Both the position numbers and the translations under genes were made by a program. The notes under the pieces are model-generated. The model did not search any database, was not told the DNA's origin, and saw only the letters and a program-made list of their open reading frames with translations. 64,000 bases of DNA from an uncultured Flavonifractor sp. (GTDB lineage Bacteria; Bacillota; Clostridia; Oscillospirales; Oscillospiraceae): contig CANDFO010000003.1 of NCBI GenBank assembly GCA_947384055.1, positions 983-64,982 on the forward strand, given 5' to 3'. Numbering within the stretch: the first letter of the stretch is position 1; each line of letters begins with the position of its first letter. Below, piece by piece: positions 1 through 8,604 of this stretch.

Positions 1-360
1 CGGGTCATTTATGACGCCATCAACGAGATTGAGTCCGCCATGAAGGGAATGCTGGCCCCCAAGTTCAAAGAGGTGGACCTGGGCCGGGCAGAGGTGCGCA
101 ATGTCTTCCGCATTACCGGCGTGGGCATGGTGGCCGGCTGCTACGTGTTGGAGGGCAAGGTCCAGCGGGGCGCGCAGATGCGCCTGCTGCGGGACAACAT
201 CGTCATCTACGACGGGGCCATCGCCTCTCTCCAGCGCTTTAAGGACAGCGTCAAGGAGGTGGCCGCAGGTTATGAGTGCGGCATCACCTTTGAGAAATTC
301 CAGGATATCAAGGAGGGCGACATCATCGAAGCCTTCCTCATGGAGCAGATTGAGGTATAA
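1..360 (+). CDS. infB: Translation initiation factor IF-2, C-terminal fragment (5' end lies outside the window)
   Basis: Frame 1 is open from base 1. The tail ([66 protein letters not shown]) matches the conserved IF-2 C-terminal beta-barrel. It is followed by rbfA-truB-ribF, as in the nusA-infB operon. Confidence 0.9.
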   Translation, partial: RVIYDAINEIESAMKGMLAPKFKEVDLGRAEVRNVFRITGVGMVAGCYVLEGKVQRGAQMRLLRDNIVIYDGAIASLQRFKDSVKEVAAGYECGITFEKFQDIKEGDIIEAFLMEQIEV

Positions 361-457
361 CGGCACCACCACAGCGGGGGCGGGCGATTCTCGCCCGCCC
401 CCGCCTGTTTTTGCCCCGCCGCACACAACGGAACAAATTACAGCAAAGGAGAACGCT

Positions 458-853
458 ATGCCAAGCAATCGTATTGGACGCATCAATGAAGAGATCCAGC
501 GGGAACTCTCCGCGCTGATCCGCACGGTAAAGGACCCCCGCGTCCACGGACTGGTGTCGGTTACGGCGGTTGATACCACACCGGACCTGCGTTACGCCAA
601 AATATATGTCAGCGTCCTGGACAAAGGCGATGGAAACGAGGTAGTCAAGGGCCTTAAATCCGCCGGGGGCTATCTGCGGCGGGAGCTGGGCCGGGCTCTG
701 TCCCTGCGGTATACACCGGAGCTGAGCTTTGAATGGGACGACTCCATTGACAAGGGGGCCCATATTCTGGGCCTGCTGCGAAATCCGGAGGTTGTCAAGC
801 CGGCAAATCCGGCCAACGCCCACATTCGCCTGGATGAGGAGGAGGACACTTGA
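458..853 (+). CDS. rbfA: Ribosome-binding factor A
   Basis: An internal ATG at 458 is preceded by AAAGGAG. The product (MPSNRIGRINEEIQRELSALIR..DPRV..VSVTAVDTTPDLRYAKIYVSV..LRYTPEL.F) is typical RbfA. The upstream part of the 101..853 ORF overlaps infB and is rejected. Confidence 0.9.
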   Translation: MPSNRIGRINEEIQRELSALIRTVKDPRVHGLVSVTAVDTTPDLRYAKIYVSVLDKGDGNEVVKGLKSAGGYLRRELGRALSLRYTPELSFEWDDSIDKGAHILGLLRNPEVVKPANPANAHIRLDEEEDT

Positions 854-1800
854 ACACAGCAGAGACCGCCGCGCTCCTAGCGGCGCAGGACAACATTCTG
901 ATCATAACCCACAGGCGTCCCGACGGTGACACCACCGGCTGCGCCGCCGGGCTGTGTGCCGCCCTGCGGCGTCTGGGAAAGCAGGCCTGGGTCCTGCCCA
1001 ATCCGGACATCACGGAGCTGTTCGCCCCCTATCTGGAGCCCTATCTGGCCCCGGCGGAGGTCCGCCCCGCCTTTGTCGTCACCGTAGATGTAGCGGCCCG
1101 GAGCCTCTTTACCCCCCAGGGGGAACTGTGGCTGGCCCGGGGCATCGACCTGGCCATCGACCACCACCCCTCCTATGAGGGCTTTGGCCGGGAGAGCTGT
1201 GTGGACCCGGGGCGGGCCGCCTGCGGGGAGCTTATTTACGACATCGCGCGGCAGTGGGGGCTGGTGACGCCGGAGACCGCCCTGCCTCTATACGTAGCGG
1301 TGTCCACTGACACCGGCTGCTTCCAGTATGGCAACACCACCCCCGCCACCCACCGTACAGCCGCCGCCCTGATGGAGACCGGCATCGACTATACCGCGCT
1401 GAACAAAAAACACTTCCGCACCAAGTCCTTCAAGCGTCTGGCCCTGGAGGGCCGTCTGACGGCGGATATGGAATTTTATGACGGCGGAACAGTCGCCATT
1501 GCCGCGGTGCCTCTGTCCATGGCCGCGGAGCTGGGCGCCTCCGCCCAGGATATGGAGGATATTGCCGCCTTTCCCGGCCAGATTGAGGGGGTGGAGACCG
1601 CCATTACCATCAAGGAGAGAGAGGGCGGCGGGTGCAAGCTCAGCGTGCGGACCACCGGCGGGCTCAACGCCTCCCGGGTCTGTGCTCTGCTGGGCGGCGG
1701 CGGACATGCCGCCGCCGCCGGATGCAGCACTTCCGGAACCCTGTCGGAGGCCAGAGTCGCCGTGCTGGAGGCCATTCGGACGGTGCAGCGGGATGGCTAA
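850..1800 (+). CDS. DHH/DHHA1 family phosphoesterase (NrnA-like oligoribonuclease/pAp phosphatase)
   Basis: 316 aa with DHH-type motifs (ITHRRPDGDT, DHH) and the DHHA1 motif GGGGHAAAAG. It occupies the conserved position between rbfA and truB and overlaps the rbfA stop by 4 nt. Confidence 0.8.
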   Translation: MNTAETAALLAAQDNILIITHRRPDGDTTGCAAGLCAALRRLGKQAWVLPNPDITELFAPYLEPYLAPAEVRPAFVVTVDVAARSLFTPQGELWLARGIDLAIDHHPSYEGFGRESCVDPGRAACGELIYDIARQWGLVTPETALPLYVAVSTDTGCFQYGNTTPATHRTAAALMETGIDYTALNKKHFRTKSFKRLALEGRLTADMEFYDGGTVAIAAVPLSMAAELGASAQDMEDIAAFPGQIEGVETAITIKEREGGGCKLSVRTTGGLNASRVCALLGGGGHAAAAGCSTSGTLSEARVAVLEAIRTVQRDG

Positions 1801-2674
1801 CGGAATTCTGGTGGTAGACAAGCCGGAGGGCTGGACCTCCATGGATGTGTGCGCCAAGCTGAGGGGTGTCTTTCACGAAAAGCGCGTCGGCCACGGGGGA
1901 ACCCTGGACCCTATGGCCACCGGGGTTCTGCCGGTTTTCATCGGGCGGGCTACCCGGGCGGTGGAGTTCGCCGCGGAGTCCCGAAAGGAATACATTGCCG
2001 GGCTCAGGCTGGGCGCCGTTACCAACACCCAGGACACCACCGGGGAGGTGCTGGAAGAGCACCCCGTCTCCGTCACCCGGGAACAGCTTCTGGATGCGCT
2101 GGAGCGTTTCACCGGCCCATTGGAGCAGATTCCCCCTATGTATTCCGCCGTCAAGATTAAGGGGAAAAAGCTCTACGAGCTGGCCCGGAAGGGCCAGGAG
2201 GTGGAGCGCAGGCCCCGGCCGGTCCACATCTACGCCCTGGAGCTTTTAAACGAGACGCCCCCGGCGGGAAGCAGCTGCCTTCTGCGGGTGGTGTGCTCCA
2301 AGGGCACTTATGTGCGCACTCTCTGTCACGACATCGGGCAGGTCCTGGGCTGCGGAGCCTGCATGAGCGCTCTGCGCCGGACTCAGGCGGCAGGCTTTAC
2401 GCTGTCTGACGCCGTTACCCTGGACCAGATTTTGATGGCGGAGGCCCCCTCGTCTCTGCTGCTGCCGGTGGACCGGTTTTTTGCCCGCGGCGGCTGGAAG
2501 GGAGCCGTTACTGTCCGCCCGGCGGCGGAGAAAGTCCTGCGCAACGGCGGCGCCGTGTCAACGCCCGGTGTGGAGGGTGAGTGGCGGGTTTACAGCGAGA
2601 GCGGAGAATTTCTGGGGCTGGGGGCCAGCCAGGGAGCCCGCCTGCGCCTGATTAAGAGCTTTTATGAGGTGTAA
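1793..2674 (+). CDS. truB: tRNA pseudouridine(55) synthase
   Basis: Start chosen at MANGILVVDKPEGWTSMDV..HGGTLDPMATGVLPV (TruB catalytic motif). The N-terminal extension of ORF 1478..2674 overlaps the previous gene and is rejected. Confidence 0.92.
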   Translation: MANGILVVDKPEGWTSMDVCAKLRGVFHEKRVGHGGTLDPMATGVLPVFIGRATRAVEFAAESRKEYIAGLRLGAVTNTQDTTGEVLEEHPVSVTREQLLDALERFTGPLEQIPPMYSAVKIKGKKLYELARKGQEVERRPRPVHIYALELLNETPPAGSSCLLRVVCSKGTYVRTLCHDIGQVLGCGACMSALRRTQAAGFTLSDAVTLDQILMAEAPSSLLLPVDRFFARGGWKGAVTVRPAAEKVLRNGGAVSTPGVEGEWRVYSESGEFLGLGASQGARLRLIKSFYEV

Positions 2675-2679
2675 ACAGG

Positions 2680-3588
2680 ATGGAACAGACAAAACGCATC
2701 ATCGCCCTGGGCTTTTTTGACGGGGTACACCTGGGTCACGGGGCCCTTTTACGGCGCGTCAGCCAGCTGGCCGCCCAGAGGTGGGCAATTCCGGCCGCCG
2801 TGACGTTTGACACCCACCCCGCCAATCTGATTCTGAAAGCCCCCATGCCTCTGCTGACTTCCCCCACCGACCGGGCAGACCTGATGATCCGGCACTACGG
2901 TATCCGGGAGGTTATCATCGCCCGCTTTGACCAGGCCATGATGCAGATGCCCTGGCAGGACTTTGTCACCGATTACCTGGTGAGGGAGCACGGGGCGGTT
3001 CACCTGGTGGTAGGCCACGACCACCACTTCGGCTATCGGGGAGAGGGCACCCCGGAAAAGCTGAAAGCTCTCTGCGGGGAGCTGGGTCTGGGCTGCGACA
3101 TCATCCCCAAGGTGGAGCGGGACCACATCACCATCTCCTCCACCTATATCCGCACGCTGGTGGCTCAGGGGGAGATGGAGCTGGCCAACGAATTCTTAGG
3201 GCACCCCCACACTCTCACCGACACAGTGGCCCACGGCAAGAAGCTGGGCAGCACCCTGGGCTTTCCCACGGTCAATCTGCGCTTTCAGCCGGGGGTGCTG
3301 GTGCCCGCCCACGGCGTTTACGCCACCAAGGTCTATTTTGAAAACGGGGACAGCCGCCCTGCCGTAACCAACATCGGGGTGCGCCCCACGGTAGACGACG
3401 GCAGCCGGGTGACGGTGGAGGGTTTTATTCTGGACTTTCACGGGGACCTGTACGGGCAGACCCTCCGCATGGAATTTTACAAGCGCCTGCGCCCGGAGGA
3501 AAAATTCCCGGATCTGGAGTCTCTGCGGGCGGAGGTCCTGCGCAACACCGAGCAGACCCGCGCCTATTTCCGAAACTTCTCCTCCTGA
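2680..3588 (+). CDS. ribF: Bifunctional riboflavin kinase / FAD synthetase
   Basis: 302 aa. The N-terminus has the FMN adenylyltransferase motif (ALGFFDGVHLGH) and the C-terminus the riboflavin kinase motif (GFPTVNL..GVYA..NIG.RPT). It follows truB as in most bacteria. Confidence 0.92.
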   Translation: MEQTKRIIALGFFDGVHLGHGALLRRVSQLAAQRWAIPAAVTFDTHPANLILKAPMPLLTSPTDRADLMIRHYGIREVIIARFDQAMMQMPWQDFVTDYLVREHGAVHLVVGHDHHFGYRGEGTPEKLKALCGELGLGCDIIPKVERDHITISSTYIRTLVAQGEMELANEFLGHPHTLTDTVAHGKKLGSTLGFPTVNLRFQPGVLVPAHGVYATKVYFENGDSRPAVTNIGVRPTVDDGSRVTVEGFILDFHGDLYGQTLRMEFYKRLRPEEKFPDLESLRAEVLRNTEQTRAYFRNFSS

Positions 3589-3891
3589 GTGGGAACTCAT
3601 GATTTCTCAATAAAATGTGCCATATCACCGCCGTGCGGGAATTCAAAAACCTGTATTCATAACCGGGGAATGCTGGATGGGCGAGGATTTTTCCCGCCAG
3701 ACAAGGAGATTTTTCGCAGCCATTCTGACAGATGGCAAGGGAAAGCGCCCCAGTATGGCGGAAAAAATCCGCTCAGACGGCGTTTAACGGTTGTGAATCC
3801 AGGTTCTAGGACCAAGGGTTTGAAGCGCGAAAGGAATGTTCTTTCCAGACCTTTTTCGGCCATATTACATAAGATAAGAGGGGGATCTGCC

Positions 3892-5214
3892 GTGCGCTAT
3901 AAACGAATGTATCCAGCCCTGCTGTGCTTCGCGGCTTTCTGGGGCGCCTTTGGCATTTTGATGGACAACCCGGCCAATATCCTGCCCGGTCTTTGGAAGA
4001 TCATCCTGACAGAAGACGCGCTCATTACCGATTACGTGGAAATTGCCGGCGTAGGCGCGGCCTTTGTGAACTCCGCTTTGGTTATCCTGATCAGCATTGG
4101 CATTCTGTACGTATCCAAGGACCCGCTCAACGGCTATACCCTGGTGGAAATCGGCCTTATGGCCGGGTTCTCCCTCTTCGGCAAAAACATTGTCAACATC
4201 TGGCCCATTATTGCCGGCACCTGGCTCTATTCCCGGGTAGTCAAGGAGCCCTTTTCCAAGCATGCCTCTATCTCTCTGCTGGCCACCTCACTGGCCCCGG
4301 TGGTCAGTTATATCAGCCTGGACAACGGCTGGGGCAGCCCGCTGCTGGGAATTCTGGTAGGCCTGGCGGTAGGGTTTGTCCTGCCTCCGCTGTCGGGCTA
4401 TACCTACAAAATTCAAAACGGTATGAACCTCTATAACATGGGCTTTGCCTGCGGCCTGCTTGCCATGATGCTGGTGCCCCTGATGAACTCCATGGGCGCC
4501 CAGATGGAGACCGCACACCACTGGGCTACCGGCTATAATCTGCCCTTTGGGATCATGATGGTATTCCTCTGCTCCGTCCTGATCATCGCCGGGCTCTTTT
4601 TCTGCGGCCGGCCGCCGTGGGCGGCCTGGGCGGGCTACCGGCGGCTGCTGCTCAGCACCGGCCGGGCCCCCAGCGACTACCTGCGTATGTTTGGCTCCGC
4701 TCCGGTGCTTATCAACATGGGGGTGGACGGGCTTTTGGGCACCGCCCTGATTCTCATCACCGGCGGTGATCTCAACGGCCCCACTCTGGGCGGAATTTTC
4801 ACCATCATCGGCTTTTCCGCCTTTGGCAAGCATGCCCGGAATATCCTGCCCGTTATGGGCGGCGTCGTGCTGGGGGGATATTTCATGAAGTGGGGCATCA
4901 ACCACAGCTCGGTTCAGCTGGCCATGCTCTTCGGCACCACCCTGGCCCCCATCTCCGGCTACTTTGGCTGGCCCTTCGGCATCATCGCCGGATTCCTGCA
5001 CTCGGCGGTAGTGCTCCACGCGGGCACGCCGGTAGAGGGCATCAACCTCTACAACAACGGCTTTTCCGGGGGACTGATCGCTATCGTCCTCTTTCCCATC
5101 ATCACCTCCGCCATCAGCCGCCGGAAGCCCGAGCTCCAGGATGAGGATTACTTCGATGCCTTTGAGCACGATACCCCCATTCCCCCTCCCCCCTCCAAAC
5201 CCAGGCAGGACTGA
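3892..5214 (+). CDS. Polytopic membrane protein (DUF1576-like); start uncertain (GTG 3892 or ATG 3907)
   Basis: The product is very hydrophobic with many predicted TM helices. AGAGGGGGA lies 6-15 nt upstream of the proposed starts. The 100-codon N-terminal extension in the ORF track (3589..) is non-hydrophobic and compositionally odd, so it is rejected. The family name is from memory. Confidence 0.65.
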   Translation: MRYKRMYPALLCFAAFWGAFGILMDNPANILPGLWKIILTEDALITDYVEIAGVGAAFVNSALVILISIGILYVSKDPLNGYTLVEIGLMAGFSLFGKNIVNIWPIIAGTWLYSRVVKEPFSKHASISLLATSLAPVVSYISLDNGWGSPLLGILVGLAVGFVLPPLSGYTYKIQNGMNLYNMGFACGLLAMMLVPLMNSMGAQMETAHHWATGYNLPFGIMMVFLCSVLIIAGLFFCGRPPWAAWAGYRRLLLSTGRAPSDYLRMFGSAPVLINMGVDGLLGTALILITGGDLNGPTLGGIFTIIGFSAFGKHARNILPVMGGVVLGGYFMKWGINHSSVQLAMLFGTTLAPISGYFGWPFGIIAGFLHSAVVLHAGTPVEGINLYNNGFSGGLIAIVLFPIITSAISRRKPELQDEDYFDAFEHDTPIPPPPSKPRQD

Positions 5215-5234
5215 GCTCCCCCTGTAAACCGTTT

Positions 5235-5280
5235 CCCCCGCGGCCGTCCTCCTGTAGGACAGGCCGCGGGGGAACGTTTT
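5235..5280 (+). terminator. Intrinsic terminator hairpin between the convergent membrane-protein gene and malQ
   Basis: CCCCCGCGGCC..GGCCGCGGGGG stem with an inner GTCCT/AGGAC stem, followed by AACGTTTTT. Confidence 0.6.
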
Positions 5281-5289
5281 TCGACAGTC
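5266..5289 (+). repeat. Isolated 22-nt fragment matching one terminus of the 200 bp MITE-like repeat
   Basis: GGGGGAA(C)GTTTTTCGACAGTC here versus GGGGGAAGTTTTTCGACAGTC at the reverse complement of 8302..8322 (21 of 22 positions). It abuts and partly overlaps the 3' arm of the terminator stem. Confidence 0.5.
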
Positions 5290-5362
5290 AGTGGGTCCGC
5301 TTTTATGCGGACCCTGTTATTTTTGGAGAGAAACGCGCAGCAATCTTACCAATCTGTCAGGA

Positions 5363-6865
5363 TTATTGCGGCTGTACGCCAGAGGCCAGACGCCCGTACA
5401 GCTCCGTCTCCCGCCGCAGTTTTTGGGCCAGCTCTGGGCTGTCAAAACCCGCCGGCGCCCGCCACCGCCAGTTTTCTCCCACTGTAGAGGGCGTGTTCAT
5501 GCGGGCCTCGCTGCCCAGGCCCAGCAGATCCTGCATCTGGACCACGGCGGTATCGGCTACACTGGCCCATACCGCCCGGAGCAGCCCCCAGGCCTCCCCC
5601 TCCTCCCGGTTCAGGCGCAGGTATTCCCTGGCGTAGGCTACGTCCCCCCGGCCAGCGCTGTTCAGCCACCCGAGGGCGGTGTCGTTGTCGTGGGTGCCCA
5701 CATAGGCCACGCAGTTGCGGGGATAGTTGTGGGGCAGGTACACGGAACCGCTCCCGTCCCGGCTGTCAAATGCGAACTGGAGTACCTTCATACCAGGGAA
5801 CCCTGTCTCATCCCGCAGGGCGTGAACCGAGGGCGTTAAAAACCCCAAATCCTCCGCGATAATCCGCCGGGGCCCCAGGGCGGCCTCCACCGCCTGGAAG
5901 AGGCGGACACCGGGACCCTGCCGCCAGCGGCCCTTCTGGGCGGTGGCCTCCCCGCGGGGAATGGCGTAGTAGGAGTCGAACCCGCGGAAGTGGTCAATGC
6001 GGAGAATGTCATAGATCCCACACTGATAGGCAATGCGCTGAATCCACCAGCCGTATCCGTCCGCCTCCATAAAATCCCAGTCGAACAGGGGATTGCCCCA
6101 CAGCTGGCCGTCGGCGGAAAAGCCGTCCGGCGGACATCCGGCCACCTCTACCGGCCGGTGCTCCTCATCCAGCTGGAACTGCTCCGGGTGAGCCCATACG
6201 TCCACGCTGTCTCCGGAGACGTAGATGGGCAGATCACCGATGAGACCCACGCCCCGGTGATTGGCATATTTTTTCAGCCTCCGCCACTGGCGGAAAAAGA
6301 GGAACTGCACACATTTCCAGAACACCACGTCCTCCGCCAGGCTCTGCCGCGCGCGGGCCAGGGCCAGCCCGTTCCGGTCCCGCAGGGAGGGGCCCCACTG
6401 GGTCCAGGGAATGCCGCCGTGGGCCTCCTTCAGCGCCATAAACAGAGCATAATCCTCCAGCCAAAAGGCATTTTGGTTGCAGAATACGGCAAACTCCGCC
6501 GGAGGAGCAGCCCGCAGCCGGCCGCAGGCCAGGCGCAGCACCGGAAGCCGCTGCCGGTACAGCAGACCGTAGTCCACCGCCAGCGGGTCGTTTCCCCAGC
6601 TCAGGCCGGCGTATTCCGCCCGCTCCAGCAGTCCCTCCTCCGCCAGGTCGTCCAGGTCGATCAGATACGGATTTCCGGCAAAGGTGGAAAAGCTCTGATA
6701 GGGGGAATCCCCATAACCGGTGGGGCAGACAGGGAGAATCTGCCACCATGCCTGCCCCGCCGCCTGGAGAAACTCCACAAACCGCCGGGCCTCTGCCCCC
6801 ATGGTCCCGATACCCCAGGGGGTGGGCAGAGAGGTAATATGCATCAAAATACCGCTGCTTCTCAA
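5363..6865 (-). CDS. malQ: 4-alpha-glucanotransferase (amylomaltase)
   Basis: 500 aa. N-terminus MRSSGILMHITSLPTPWGIGTMG and GH77 motifs (RIDHFRGF, IAEDLG, YVGTHDNDT). Confidence 0.9.
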   Translation of the reverse strand: MRSSGILMHITSLPTPWGIGTMGAEARRFVEFLQAAGQAWWQILPVCPTGYGDSPYQSFSTFAGNPYLIDLDDLAEEGLLERAEYAGLSWGNDPLAVDYGLLYRQRLPVLRLACGRLRAAPPAEFAVFCNQNAFWLEDYALFMALKEAHGGIPWTQWGPSLRDRNGLALARARQSLAEDVVFWKCVQFLFFRQWRRLKKYANHRGVGLIGDLPIYVSGDSVDVWAHPEQFQLDEEHRPVEVAGCPPDGFSADGQLWGNPLFDWDFMEADGYGWWIQRIAYQCGIYDILRIDHFRGFDSYYAIPRGEATAQKGRWRQGPGVRLFQAVEAALGPRRIIAEDLGFLTPSVHALRDETGFPGMKVLQFAFDSRDGSGSVYLPHNYPRNCVAYVGTHDNDTALGWLNSAGRGDVAYAREYLRLNREEGEAWGLLRAVWASVADTAVVQMQDLLGLGSEARMNTPSTVGENWRWRAPAGFDSPELAQKLRRETELYGRLASGVQPQ

Positions 6866-6995
6866 ATCGGATCAAATCCTCTCCCGCTCCCTTTTCCCCG
6901 GAAAAGGGGAGCAAACAGAACTTCCAGCCGGCAACACCCGGACCATCCCGCGGCAAAGAGTCCGCTCAGACGGCGGCCGGCGGCATTGAATCCTT

Positions 6996-8012
6996 TTATA
7001 TCAAGGACGACGCCCGGCCTGCGCTCTCTCCGGGGACAAAGGTGTGGGGAACCAGCTCATGGACCGGGCCGTTCCCCGTCTCTATCTGCTGGAGCAGAAG
7101 CGCAACGCTCCGCTTTGCCAGCAGCAGTTCATTCTGCCGTATGGTGGTCAGCCGGGGGACCACATAGTCTCCCAGAGCGATGCCGTCAAAGCCGACCACG
7201 GAAATATCCCGGGGCACTTGCAGCCCCCGGTCCTGTAGGGCCCGAATAGCTCCCACCGCCTGAACGTCGGACATGGCAAAGACAGCGGTCAGGTCCTTCA
7301 TTCTGTCCAGCAGACGGCCCATGGCCTCATAGCCGCAGGACATGGAAAAATACGTGGACTCATACTGTCGCTCCAGGTCCAGTTCCAGCCCCCGCTCCCG
7401 GAAAGCCGCCCGCACTCCCTGGAGGCGGGTGCGGGCCGCGTTGGGCATATCGGTGCAGCCGCCCAAAATTCCGATCTCCCGGTGCCCCAGGTCCATAAGC
7501 CGCAGAACCGCCTGCCGCGCGGCCTGTACATCGTCGGTGCTGACGCTGGACAGGTTGGGAAAGCCCAGCCCCGCCGCCGAGTTTGTCACCAGCACACAGG
7601 GAACCTGAATATCCTGAAACTGCGCCCGGAACAGCTCCAGATTGGAACCCAGGAAGAGAATACCCAGGGGACGCCGCTCCCGGCACAGCCGCCGGGCCTG
7701 CTCCACCTCGTTGTCGTCTTCCTCCAGATAATAAACCATGCTGGGGTGCCCGCTGTCCCGGATTAAAACCTGAATGTGCTCTACAATGGCCGCAAAAAGC
7801 ATGTTGCCGGAGCCCTTGATGATAATCGCAACCCCGCTGTTGTAGTGCTGCTTCAGGTGCTTGGCGTTGCTGTTCAGCTTAAAATCCTGGGCCTTTACCA
7901 CCGCCATTACCCGCTCGCGGGCCTGCTCCGAGACGTTAGGATGGCCGTTGAGCACCCGGGAAACCGTGCCGACCGCATAACCGGACAGCCGGGCAATATC
8001 TTTGATGGTCAT
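6996..8012 (-). CDS. LacI-family transcriptional regulator
   Basis: Start set at MTIKDIARLSGYAVGTVSRVLNGHPNVS (the LacI helix-turn-helix). The rest resembles a periplasmic-binding-protein sugar sensor domain. The 51-codon upstream extension in the track is rejected. Confidence 0.85.
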   Translation of the reverse strand: MTIKDIARLSGYAVGTVSRVLNGHPNVSEQARERVMAVVKAQDFKLNSNAKHLKQHYNSGVAIIIKGSGNMLFAAIVEHIQVLIRDSGHPSMVYYLEEDDNEVEQARRLCRERRPLGILFLGSNLELFRAQFQDIQVPCVLVTNSAAGLGFPNLSSVSTDDVQAARQAVLRLMDLGHREIGILGGCTDMPNAARTRLQGVRAAFRERGLELDLERQYESTYFSMSCGYEAMGRLLDRMKDLTAVFAMSDVQAVGAIRALQDRGLQVPRDISVVGFDGIALGDYVVPRLTTIRQNELLLAKRSVALLLQQIETGNGPVHELVPHTFVPGESAGRASSLI

Positions 8013-8237
8013 CTCCACCACCTCGTCGTCGCAAAGTGCATTGCATTCGGTCCGCCCGAAGGGGCAGACCTCATTCCATTCCCTTGCTCCTCCTCTCCCC
8101 GGCGGACCCGCTGCGCTGGGCTCCGCCGGGGCCCTGCGGGGGACGGGAGTATTTACACGGTGCATTGCAAAAGAAGTGTTCTGTCAGTTCTCTTTCTGGC
8201 GTATGCCGCTTGAACAGGGCCACATACTTCTCTTGTA

Positions 8238-8303
8238 GTGCCGCTTCGCCCGTTACGGAGTAAGGGCGAAGCGCCGGGAAGCGGAAACAGAACAGCCCGG
8301 GGA
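8238..8303 (+). repeat. Intergenic repeat family B, left segment (copy 1)
   Basis: GTGCCGCTTCGCCCGTTACGGAGTAAGGGCGAAGCGCCGGGAAGCGGAAACAGAACAGCCCGGGGA matches 63689..63754 with about 4 mismatches. It contains the hairpin CGCTTCGCCC/GGGCGAAGCG. Confidence 0.75.
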
Positions 8304-8501
8304 CTGTCGAAAAACTTCCCCCACGGGAACGCTTCGCAGAGTTTTGCCGCCCGAGGGCGGCAAAATAAAGTCAAAATCGGTCATTTTCGGGGACATGTGC
8401 CTCGAAAATGACACATCTCGGCCTGCAAGTGTGCCCAAAGGGTGCGCGCAGCAGGCCGTATCCCTTTTGTCGAAAAAGGCCAGAGGCCTTTTTCGACAGG
8501 C
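8302..8501 (+). mobile_element. MITE-like 200 bp non-coding repeat, copy 1 (nested inside repeat B)
   Basis: It is the reverse complement of 33372..33571, with about 13 mismatches over 200 nt by manual alignment. The imperfect terminal inverted repeats are G(A/C)CTGTC(G/A)AAAAA ... TTTTTCGACAGGC. Internal hairpins are TTGCCGCCC-GAG-GGCGGCAA and CGAAAAAGGCC-AGA-GGCCTTTTTCG. No credible ORF. Confidence 0.75.
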
Positions 8502-8533
8502 CCCCTTCCCTGGTCGTTTGGGGAGGGTGGGTT

Positions 8534-8573
8534 GTCAGGGAGGGAGGGAAATCGAAATCCCTCCCTCCCTGAC
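8534..8573. repeat. 16 bp-stem purine/pyrimidine palindrome preceded by G-tracts
   Basis: GTCAGGGAGGGAGGGA-aatcgaaa-TCCCTCCCTCCCTGAC. Upstream GGGGAGGGTGGG adds further G-runs, giving G-quadruplex potential on the + strand. Confidence 0.7.
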
Positions 8574-8604
8574 CGGCTCTTTCGCCCCTTTCTGTCCACA
8601 CAGA

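Noticed and set aside
6996-8165. N-terminally extended versions of several genes as listed in the ORF track: the LacI regulator to 8165, SBP to 12099, purL to 20383, pgeF to 22990, miaB to 27566, htrA to 29022, comM to 30842, noc to 55076, parA to 53848 and gyrA to 61323
   Set aside because: In each case an internal ATG preceded by a good Shine-Dalgarno sequence coincides with the conserved N-terminus of the family. The extension is compositionally atypical or overlaps intergenic signals.
8034-8169. A repeated 10-mer, GTGCATTGCA (8034 and 8160), upstream of the LacI regulator gene as a candidate auto-operator
   Set aside because: It is only an imperfect palindrome (TGCATTGCA) and bears no resemblance to the strong GAAACGTTTC operator. 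Two occurrences of a 10-mer are suggestive but insufficient.
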